From: Candidatus Omnitrophota bacterium
GTDB lineage: Bacteria > Omnitrophota > Gorgyraeia > 2-01-FULL-45-10
Direction of reading: 5' to 3'
Assembly: GCA_003142795.1 (NCBI GenBank)
Contig: PLNN01000019.1
Coordinates: 51,991-115,990 of the forward strand
Length of the DNA stretch: 64,000 nucleotides
Shown: piece by piece, positions 12,001 through 24,000 of the stretch
Numbering within the stretch: position 1 is the stretch's first letter
Layout of the letters: each line of letters starts with the position of its first letter
Made by a program: the position numbers and the translations under genes
Notes under the pieces: model-generated
Databases searched by the model: none
What the model was told of the DNA's origin: nothing
What the model saw: the letters and a program-made list of their open reading frames with translations, nothing else

Positions 12001-15000
12001 AAAGATGAATATTCTGAAGCCGTCAAATGCATTACAAAGGCGATAGAATATCATACCGATGAAGATGAGCCTGAATATGGCGACCTATATTATAAGCGGG
12101 GCATCCTTAATTTTTACGCGGGTAATATAGAAGATGCCGAGCATGATTTGGAAATGGCCGTAAAATTAAAACCCGCACTCATATCCTCCGTCATATCATT
12201 CGTGCATGAGCATAAAGATAAATTAGATGTTAAGTTACCGCCCGCATCCCCGCCACCGGGCCAAGGCCCGAGATTTATGTCGCTCTTCCTGCCTTTTATT
12301 ATTAGTATAGGCATTTTCGCAAGTTTTGGAGCCGTCTGGCGCGACGCGCATCTGAGTTTCGGCAGCATATTAGAAGCTATACAAAGCTGGCTCGCGACGA
12401 TGGACACACCGGCTGTGCTGGGGTGGGCCGGCAGCATCTCAACCGGGCTTGCGCTGATGACAGCGATAATTGCTGCGCCGGAAGAAAGATTTAATTTAAG
12501 CGAACTCATCTCTTCTTATAAAAAAGATGTAAAGATAAGGGGGTATACCGCGTCTGAAAAATACAGCGCTATAATAGCAAGACTTATAAAGGCAGCGGCT
12601 ACAGAAGAGATAATCGAAGCGCTGGATGATATCTTTGTTTCCGGGGTGGTAAAATTCCATATGGGTTTTTATACTACCGCCGGCATCCTGGAATCGAGGA
12701 TGAATCTCGTAACAAGAGTGCTTGCCGATGAATTAAAAATACGCATTGCCGGCAGCAGCGCCGTGCAGTCGCAAGAATTCGCCGCTTTATATAAAAAGAT
12801 AAAAGATATAAGAGATGCCGAAAAAGATGCCAGGCTAGGCTTCGCGCGCTACGCGCTCAAAGTAGAAGGCAAGGGAAGCGGTGTGCGTAAGCGAAATGTG
12901 CCTGAAACACACAGGAGGTTTGACGAGTACGAAAAATTCCTTCATATAAGTTCGCTGGTCGAAGATATAAAAAACCGCAGGGACCTTTTAATCGCGAAAG
13001 GTGTTCTCGGAAAAGACGAAGCGATGAACATGCTCGACATAGGTTGCGGCGAAGGCGTATTTCTTGAACAATTGAGCGAAAAACTTACGGAAGCAGGTAT
13101 AAAGGCGAATCTGACCGGAACGGCCCTGAGAAGGAGTGAGGGATGGGCTGAAATAGAGGCAGCGCATAGCAATATTAAATTCATGGAGGGGATGGCTGAG
13201 GCGATGGATATTGGAATGGGGACTATCCACTATGCCGTAAGCGTCTATATGCTCCATTATTCGGAAGATAAGCTTAAGGTGATAGAAGAAGTATACCGCG
13301 TTCTTAGTCCTTACGGCATAGCGAGGATACATAGCAACGAGGAATCTACTCAAAAAGGCACTCCGCGATGGGAGGTTCTATTCGGCCGGATGGATCTGGC
13401 CGGCAGTTATAAGCTCCGTGTCGAGGACGCATATGAGTATAAAGGTACGGACAAGGACTATGAGGGGCCGGCCCTTGTGATCGAAAAAGACGATCCCCGG
13501 GAAATGCCTTGCGATCTATTATTCCCATATACACTCGACTCAGAGGGATTTTATCATCCTATAAGAATAGCACAGGTTAGACGCGCTGTTCCATGGCTGA
13601 AGACGGTCGCGATGATCCTTTTGGCCCCCCTTGCTCTGTTAGTGTTAGAAGGGGCCGGCTGGCGCGACGCGCACATGAACCTTGGCGGGATATTAGAATA
13701 CATGCAGAGCTGGTTAGTGACGATAACCACCGCGCCCGGCGCGCTGCCTGGGCTAACAACAATTTTTACGATGGCAGGCTTTGCGTTTGGTTCATTTATA
13801 ATAAGCAAAAGAGACATATCATTATTTTTTAACAAATCATCCAAGAAACAAAAAAACCAGCTGCTGAACGGCAAGATCCAAAAGGTATGGCCGGGCAAGC
13901 TCTCTGGCGATAAGATCAATAAAGCGCTCGATAGCGCGATTGGACACCTTCCTGATAATCTGCAAGAAATAGTGATACTTAAATATTACGGCGATGGCGA
14001 TAGCGGGCCCTTAACAGACTACGATATCGCAGATCGCTACAAGGTAACCGTTGCAGCGATAAGGGATTCCCTTAGGCGGGCGCATAAAAGGATAAAAACG
14101 GATCTTTTGGAGCAGAATGCGGTAAAGGATATTCTGCCGTCATATCTCGATCCCAAAAAATTGCTGGAAAAACGCTTTTTTGCAAGATCGCATACAGACC
14201 GCGGCGGATTTGCGTTGCTTGATATAGCGGCAATAATTCCGCTTGCGGGCCTTATCGTGGCACTATCGGGATCATTTATTATTGGCATGGCGCTCGGCAG
14301 CCCGTCTGTATTTCTGCGCGATTACATCCATTTCGCCTCCGGCGCGTTTACCCTCCGAAGCCCCGAATGGTTAATGAATATCGGCGTAGGAGGGCTGCCG
14401 TGGCTTAAATACATTGCAGCCTCTATTTCTTTATCCGGATTTCTGATGGCCAGGTCCCGCAAACGTGATTTACGGCAAGCCCAGTCAATGCAAGCGTCGA
14501 AACCCCAGCCGGTCAGGCCGAGAGAGCGGAAATACCTGCGCCTATTGAGCGATTTCGAAAAGAAGCGCGCCCGGGTTATGAAGTTGGCGGAAGCCCAGCC
14601 TCCGGCGCCTTGCCGCATCGTATTCGACGATAAGAATATCGGTAAAGATAAAATAACGTCTATAGAGGAAACAGTACGCGCGCAATTGCCCCGTCTTCAG
14701 GAGATGGCGAGAACCGGATACGACATCTCTTTCGGAGCGTCCAGCCAGGATATATTACGCACCATATATATAGAAAGAAGCCAGCGGCCGGAAGGAGAGA
14801 TAGAGCTGACTCGTGACCGCGCGTTCCTCGCGCTCCATCTGCCTGTTGAAAACCCTGACATAGCCGCTAGGGCGATGAATGATCTGATGGAAAAAATGGG
14901 TAAATATCTCAAAACCCCGAATGTGGGAGTTACAACTATCGTTCCCGTTGTTCATAGCGACAGTGCCAGCTTTGGAAACATAGATTATCTCATAACCAAA

Positions 15001-18000
15001 TCGTTGCGTGACGCAAAGAATGAGGGCAGGCGCGCCGAGATCATCGTCGAATGCGGTGTAATACAGCCATACTCGTGCTACGAATCGGATCTCGAAGAGT
15101 TTAAAACAACGGATGCGTATAAAAGGATGAATAAGAAGCCAAAAAATCTTTCCAACATTTTATTTGATCCGGGCTTCAAAGACGCCCGCGCCGCGTTCTT
15201 AAATTATGTTCATGATGAAGAGCTCGATATGCAGGACGAAACAAGCAGAATGATATACAGCGGTTTTGATTCGAATATTAAATATATATATCCCAGAGAA
15301 TCTTTCTCAGCCCCGCTTTATATGCGTCTTTTCAAGGCGCAAGCCGTGCCTATCCATGAAGATATATGGGACGATACAACATTATTGTTCCTTAGGCTTG
15401 ATTATAATTCATTCGACCGCCTGAAGCCCAAGATCCCGGTTACCTTTAATGAGCTTACGCGGTTCGAAGATAGTTACCTTCAAACCCAGCTTGACTTCAT
15501 AAAAATAGCTCATATCCGGGACGCCCGCCTGGAAAGGCAGCTTGCCGCATTGCCTCTCGATCCGGATGTCAAGGACCGCCTCTTCATTCTCGGCGGAAAA
15601 CATGCGCGCGGGATCAAGAGATATTCTCCCGTTGCGTCATTATTCCAATTTCAGGATGAATCGGCGCATTGGCGGCAATTGAAAGATGTATATCCATTCA
15701 TGCATGCGCGAGCTACGGCAGAGAGCGTTCTAAGCGACGCGATACACGATTGGATCGACGAGAAATTTCCGGATGGAATTCACGACCCGACACCAGGATC
15801 GGATGAAATGCAATCGTTTATTGCCATGAATATTCCAGACGATGACAACTGGCGCCACATGATAGATATAGATTTCATCGAGTTCCTCCTTGGTTTATCT
15901 AAGGAACGTGCGGATAAGCGGCCGCTTACCGAGAAAAATCAAGTTCGCGTATATGGTATCCTCAAAACTATCGTGGGTGACATGGGCAGTGGAGATCTGA
16001 AAAAATGGCTTATAGATTATTGCAATACCGCGCCGGGATCTCAAAGTGCCGCAACAGACCTGATCAATCAGCGGCTGCGTGAACGGCTGTCATCGGATGA
16101 ACGCGCATTCTTGTTAGGCGATCCGGATTCGCGCATAACCGGCGTAGCATGGATGGGGAAGAAGAATTTCGATAGTCGCAGTATTTATAGCGCAAGTAAC
16201 CCCGTAAGAAAATCCACCGCAATGGTCGGCGGAGTAATTTTACGATCGGACCTTGGAGGGGAAAGCCATCCCGGAAAAGGAAGCGTTCCGGATGAGGACA
16301 GGTTAAGCGAAAGCGTTCTCGAAAACTGGATGAGTGTTATAAAGGATGGAAACAAATTAGGAGAAAAAGCAATACCCGTGGTGCTAAAGGGCGGCGCGGC
16401 ATCCGGAGATGAGAAGAGAGATTTTTATACATGCCTGCACTTCCTTACATTCAATGTGTATGTAGTACCGGCAGAGGAATTAAACGGCCGTAGTTTCTGG
16501 TACAGCGATGCTACAAACAGTGTCTATATAGCAGACCGCGCCTTTACGCAAGCAGAGCTGGCAAAGATAATTGGAGAATTGCAATACATTCAGGATCGTA
16601 TAAATGCCGGCAGGTCCGATGACATAGAGAATAGGGCATTCAATTGGACGTGGACCAATGCCGAACCGCCGCAACTCGAAAAACCCGTTTCGAGCGAAGG
16701 ACAAAATGATACGGCTAATAAAGCTATCGGCGAATCGGATGACAACAAACAGATCAATTCTGGCGGGGAACAGAACAATGGACGAAGGGCCAGAAGGGAA
16801 AAGAAGGTCGAAACGCCCGCCCAGAAGGCGGCAAGTTTTATACCCCCTATCAAGTCGGCGGTGAGTAGGGCGCTCGCCGGAAGCATCCTTCCGAATATGA
16901 CCGCTTTGATAGATCCGAAACTGAGGACCGCTCCGACTATTTTGTTTGACGCGTCTTCTTATAAGAACCCCGTATTAAGTATTATTGGTATAGTCGGCAG
17001 TCCAAAACTTATCCCGATAATCCCCGACCCACGCGTATTGAAGACCCTGGATAATAGCAGTCGGTATACAGCTCAATTTTCTATGGATGAGATCAATTTT
17101 CGTTTAAAGGAACGCCATCCGGAGACGGCCCTGTTAAATGACGAATGGACCGATCTGGCAGTTACCCAGATACAGGCATACCCTTCACAAAAGAAAAGAG
17201 AGTGGTTAACCCGGCAATTTTCCGTGCTCAGGGCCATTGTGGAAAGATCGACAGGCGCTTTTGCAAATGATATGGCCAAATATCCGGCCGAAACTAAGAT
17301 CGTGCGGGACGCCGCAAATAAACTCGAGATGTCGTATAGGACGGTCACGAAAAAGATATTTGAGCTGCAAAGGAAGCTTAAGGCAAAGAGCAATGACGGC
17401 TGGATAACATCCGCAGACGTTGCAGAAAACATGGATTCGCTGAAAGAAGTAATGGCGGCATGGCCTCGCGGCATCTTTGTTTTAGAAAAAAATAAATCGC
17501 TTCTTTCTGGCGATATGAGAAGAATGGACGATTGGATATTGGAGTTGCAGAATACGCTGCTGCCGTCCCTGAAAAATTATGACATCTTCAACCTGCTTTC
17601 CGATAAAGCTGTGGCGCAAATGCCGGCCGGTATATTAAATGAAGTCTATTATGACGCATTTCGGTCGGTGTGGCTCGAGGAACTGCGCGATATCGGGTCG
17701 AGCATTGCGGAATCGGGCGATGAAGAGCTTGATGGCTATGCGTGGGAATGCTGCAGGCTGGCTTCATACGTATTCGCGCTCGAATGGGAATCTGTATTTA
17801 CCGACTTAACCGCCGAAAAGGCGGTGCCTGCAGGGAAAAGCAGTTTCGTTTCAAATACGCCGATAGGCGGGGCGGGTATTTTATTATTAGACGGTGAGAT
17901 GCAGCCGCGCGAATTTATTCCCGGCGCCGGCACGATGGATGCCGGCGACCTTGCATTGAGGCACCATCCGTTCATGTTAAAAGAGCAGTACAGGCCGGGC

Positions 18001-21000
18001 GATCGCATAGTGATAGTCTGCCCTTCTACCACGGGTTTTCCCAATTTCGAACAGATCCACTCATATTTGGAAGACATGTTCGTCCTGCGCAGGATGCTTC
18101 CGGATTCTCCGCAGGTATACCTTGGAGTTGCGACTATTTCGGGAGAGATGCGCCTGTATGGGATGGCCGGGTCGCGCGAAGGCGGTGATCATTGGGCAGA
18201 GCTTATCAATAGTCTCTATGACGAGCTTCCAAAATACCGTAAACTTAAAAAGACATTAAAGGATTCCTTCGCTTTACATGCCGATAGAAAAATATACGAT
18301 AGATATATAGGCGATGATACTGAAAAGGATAAGAAAAAGAGGCCATCATTGCGGATAGGCAATAGCAGTACAGTTATCTCAAAAGAAATGGAGGATATCC
18401 TCGCAAAGAAAGATGAGGGGGAGATAGAAAAGATAGAGAATAATCCTATCTACATGATCATGAAAGATGTAGTGGAACAATTGCCTTTGAACATAAGAAA
18501 GTCTCTTATCGAAGGTTACGGCCGCGAAGAGGCGGACAGGATAATGAATGCGGTCATGAACAGGTTCGAAAAACAATTCAGGGACCTAAAGGCATTTTCA
18601 AAGACCATCTATTCGGTAAACGATCTCGATAAGTTTTTCTGGGAGATATCATCCAAAGTTTCAAGGGTTAACATGTTCATAGCCGAGTGCCGTGGTTCTG
18701 ATCTCCTCGATGAATACATAACTCGAAAAGGGTTTCTGGAGGTCGTAGAGATAGGCGGCCTTACCGTATCTACGAACCCTTCTCCAATACAGGGCCTGGC
18801 TCCTCCCCCTACACAAGGCGAGACTGCCCGCCAGAGCGTCCTGTCCAGGGTTATGCGCAGTCATGCGCAGTCTTTTGCGCCGGACAAGGTCCTTCGCGCG
18901 GGCAAATCTATCATCGATCAGCTCAGGAACGATGCCAGACAATCGCTTGACGGTAAATTGCTTCCGAATTCTGTCAGTATCCGTCCAGAGGTGATGAATA
19001 TGGGCGAAACGCTCATAGAAACAGACAATCTTTCCGTGGACAGACCGCTCTTTAATCTATGCTTCATGCATGATTTTCTTGGCATTTCCACTCAGCCGAA
19101 TTTTGTAGTAATCCCGGACCCAAAGAGCATAGCCCCTTATTTACAGCGATATAAGACCGTTTTGGACAAATATGAATTGACTACGAGGCTCGAAAAGGCC
19201 AACCCGGCCGCTAAGAAATTATACAATATATACCGCGATGAAAAGCCGGCGCCGGATGTTGATCCGGAACTATTGTGGAAATGGACGAGAGACCTCTGCA
19301 TCAACGCTAAAGAGGTGTTGGAAGAGCGTTACGGGAACATTTATAACATTGAACACGATATCGAAGCGCTTAAGGATAAAAACCCGAAAATTGCAGGCGA
19401 GATAGAAGATGCCAAAAACACGGTTGTGGGCCTTGTTAAAAAAGAATTTAAAGTAAGCCGTATGGCTATAGAGGCCTTTGATAGATTATGTAGATTTAAA
19501 AAAGACGATAAAATTCCCGCCTCCGAAGTAAAAAGAGAGATCGAGCAGCTTATAGCTTACCTTGATACATGGCCAAGATTGCAGTTTGGATTGAGAGATA
19601 CCCTTAACGATCTTTCTCAAGGTGAGGATTATGTTGAGTTCGAAATATTGGAAAATATAATATCCGAATTCGGGAAGGCCCTGAGCCAGCACAGGTTCCA
19701 GATCTTTGCAGAGCATTCTTTGCATAGTGAAGCCATGGAGCTGATCTATTATGACGCCTTAAGGCTTGCACTGTTGAAATTATGCACGGACCCCTCAGAA
19801 GGGATATTGCCGCGCATATCGGCATGGGCCGATCATAAACAAAATATCCCGGTTTCGATGAGAACGGACGTCTATCGCTTGTTTGATGAGACTATGGGCC
19901 TTGTGCAATATGAAGTGATCACCGATGCCATAAAAGAAAAAGTGCTTGTAGGAAAATCAGATGATAGATCGAGGGCGCATCCGCCCATAGGAGGCTTGGG
20001 CGTATTATTTCTTAGAGGGGCCGGCGAGGATAACGGTCAATTGCAGGTCCGGCGATATTTGCCCGGCGCTTACCTGTCCAGTCCGGGTAAAACGCAGTAT
20101 AACCCGCAATATGTAAAACGCTGGTATCAGAAAGGCGATAGCATTATTCTGATGTACCCTTCATACAGCGAATATCTCAATGCGGAAAGTATCAGGAATT
20201 TTGCGGAAGACTGTCTGAATCTCCGTAAAGATGTGCCCGGATTATCGGAAATACTGGTCGGCATTATGCAGCCAAACGGCGCTGTGGCGGTCTACCGCCC
20301 GAGGGCGCAGCTGGATGACGCTGCTGCATTGTATCAGTTGACGTTTAAGACCGCTGAGATCTTGAGCCCTTACCTATCGCAGTTCAGGGTTTATGTGGAA
20401 GATGAAACCTTTATATGGTTTTCCAGGGCTTTCACAGAATTTCAGAGCCGCAGCAAAAACATGCCTTTTAATAGCGGGGATGGGAATAGGCTTTTAAAGT
20501 TGAACCCCGATAGGTCGGTATTATTCAATATGTTCCGCCAAAAAGCAAATGACCGCCTGAGAAGCCTGGGAGCTATACTTGTCAAAGGCCTCGAGAGGTG
20601 CGGGTATGATCATAAAACCGCTGTTTCTATGGTAGAGCGGGTAAAAACACGCCTTAACGGTGAATTCAGAAAGATTAAAACGTTCGATGTCGCTATCGAT
20701 GATGGCCAGAGCGTCTTTTTAAATGATAAAGGCTTAAGAGAAGAGATGGAGACCATTGTCTATAAAGCTATAATGGCTGTCGGCGAAGAGATGGCGAGTT
20801 ATTTGATCGAGGACCAGGAATTATTCGAGCCGATCAAGATCCGCGGGCTGACAGATACAGATGAGGCCGCCAGAAAAAGAGAAGCCGCGAAAGCGCAAAG
20901 GCTGAAGAGAGAAGAATTGCGCAGAAAAATTGCAGCTATTCGCAAGACAAATTTTACCGATCCACAGGCTGTCCGTCAAGCATTTGAAGACAGCAAAATG

Positions 21001-24000
21001 CTTTTTGATAATGTTGCCGCGGCCGGAGAGATCAAAGGGGCCCTTGCTGAGCATCTTCATACGGTAATCGGCCACACGTTGGCCGAGAAATTCGTTAGAA
21101 GAACGCTCGATGATTCACAAAATATGTGGGAGGCGTTCCTAGGCGGCGAGGCTGTTGAAGCGGATGCCTTCTTCAATCTCGGCGAACGGCAGGCATTGGC
21201 AGAATTGGTGATGAACGCTGAATCAGGCAGTGAGGTGAATGGATTTAAAGCCGGGATCGATACAGCTCGCCAGCAATTTCCCATAATGGATTCCATCAAT
21301 GGCTGGGCGGAACTTGCCTATTATGTTTTGGAACAGGATGAGATCGGCCGGGACGATATAAACACTGCCGTAGAAATGATCAAGCCTATCGAAGAAAGCA
21401 TTAAAGGGCTTTCCGGCGAGGATTCACAGCGCGCGGAGGATCGTTTCAGGCAAATTCTGAATAGTTTTAAAGATAGACTAACCCCCGGCATTCTCTCCGA
21501 GCTGGAAGAGATGTTTCCTGACGGTAACGGCGCGGAGGATATTGAATGGGAGAGGCTTATAAGGTTATTACCTGGTTTAGAACTTGCGTGCCGTGTGTTC
21601 AGTGAGGCCGGCTTATATTCATCACAGGCTGAGCGGGATAAATTTGAAAAAGGAAAACTTAAAGTCCAAGCAGCCGTGGAGGAGCAGGGAGTGTATTATG
21701 AAATAGCCAGGCTGAATAACGAAGAAAAGGATACTGGGAAAACCTCTAAAGAAAAATCAGCGAAAGTCTTAAGGCTTAATATAGGCAATTCGCTGGTTTT
21801 TTACAACCGGTATAGCGGCAGGCCAATAAAGATAACGCTTAACAGGATTGAAAAAGGGCGGCTATACTTTGACGTTGATACCCCATTCGGACTTGTAGCT
21901 ATAGGGGGCGCTGAGCTGTCAAGAACGGCTTTTAATCATAATGGTGAATGGCGCAGTACTTCTATTAGAGAGCGCGCCGCAGACCATTGGAAAGCGGTAG
22001 ACGGAAGGCTGCGCTTTATCACTCTGTGCGGCATCGACCTGTTTTCAAGAGAGCGGGATTATGGTGTCGAGAACCGTCTCTGGGTTTTTCCGTATAAAGT
22101 GTTATATGGCTTGATAGAAGACGACACTATAATCGTCGAATCTGCCGATACAAAAAAGGACAATAAAAGAGATGAAGATAAAGTAGAATTTAAAAATGTC
22201 GATGCCGGTATATGCCTGCGGATAGATCGTGTATTACCTGACGGGACCGCTAACGTTGCTCTGGAAGACCCGCTTAACCAGTGCGACTACAATAAGGTCG
22301 AAGTTATTGAGCCGGCCGGGCAAAAGCCCGTGGCTAATTCCGCCGTCAATTGGCTGAATCTCGGCCTGGCGTTACTCGGTTTTGTGCCGCTTATCATAAG
22401 TCAATTCTTCGGGTTCGACCTGTATAATTTTATCCAGACCGCTGCGGTTATCAGTTCTATCTATGTTACCTCGTTCCTAATACATGAACTGAACCATTAC
22501 CTTGACCTATATGGCTACTCATGGAAGAACCTGAAGAGTTTCGTGACGGACCGACCAGCGCTTGAAGTGAATGCCGAAGGTATAAGCGTCTCCGGAGCGA
22601 GAGGAACTCCCGGGGTCCTGGTAAGTGCGGCATTAGGATACGTCTCATATCTTTTCATATCGCTGATCCCGCAATACGCGATTCCCGCCTTGATCATAAA
22701 CATAGCACTCATCTCTAAATCAGACCTCACGAATATAATGAAAAGTGATGTTTTTAAAGAACTGATCATTAAGATACGTGGCAGCGAATTTTATAATGCA
22801 CTGTATGAATTCATGTTAGAGATTTACAGTTTCGTCGCAGAAATTTTTAGCGTCTTTAATGATATTTTTCAAACTTTGGTATCTATTATAAAAGATCTTC
22901 TTGCCTCATTTGAAATATTGTTCGAAATATCATTCAAATCTGCCGAAGAGATGGAGCGAGAAAGAGAGCAAAGGAAAGACGAGGCGAGGCAGTTATTGCA
23001 TTTCTTATCCGACAACAGATATTCTCTCGGCCAGTTTAGCGCACAGCAGGTAGTTCGCAGGGTCCTCGATAAAGGTAAAACATTAAGGTCGTTCATATTA
23101 CCGGACGGCGTTTCGAGAGGAGTATCATTGAATGCTGTCATTAATGCATATATAAAAATAGACGGAAACCAAGAGACTGCGCTCAGTCTGAGCCAGAAGA
23201 ACGCCGTCAGCGATAATATGTTTGTCCGGCAGGAAGCGGTAGATTCGCTCTATAATTTCCTTCCATATGCTACGGACCTGGAAACATTCGAGGATATCTG
23301 CGATACGCCGGTAAAGACAGTAGAAGGTGGAGCTTCAACAGCAATAAACCTGTTCCTTAAGAATGCGGCCAGCCCGTTGGAGGCCCACCAGGATCTTACC
23401 AACACTATTATAGCTAAAATAATCTTTGGCAATTGTTCTGATCTACTGATCAAAAAGTTGGTGAAATGTCTGGGCTCAGCCGATAAAGATGAACGTCATA
23501 ATGCCGCGAACCTCTTGATATTGCTGACGAAGAGAGATGATGCCGACATAGTGAGCGCCATTGTCGGCGAGATCCCGAATATAAGAAAAGAATATTTTGT
23601 CTATAACGATGCGGAGATCGCGTATGGCGCGTATAGCCTGCTGGCGGGACTTGCAAGAGAGACAGAAAATGAGGCGATACTCACGGCTATAATAATAGAA
23701 ACACGGCATATAATCAGATATCTGAGCCTGGATGATGAAGCTATATGCGACAGGGTCAGATCAGCGGTCTATCAATTATTGTTAACAGGCAGAAAAAAAA
23801 TAATGGATGCCGTTGCCAGAGAGATCCCGGCCAGGATCATAGGATATATGAAAAATATCGAAGCCCCGCATGCCTGTTATGCCGCTCACGAACTTATGAA
23901 CCTTTTCATAACCAGCGGTTATCCTGTTATAGATGTCGCCATAGAAAAAAATCGCGCGGATATAAGAAAGATACTGATAATAAACAAAGAACTGAACGCG

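Noticed and set aside
21700-21760. Possible Walker A (P-loop) near EEKDTGKTSKEKS in ORF1
   Set aside because: The spacing does not match G-x4-GK[ST], and no Walker B is present downstream. There is no support for an ATPase domain.
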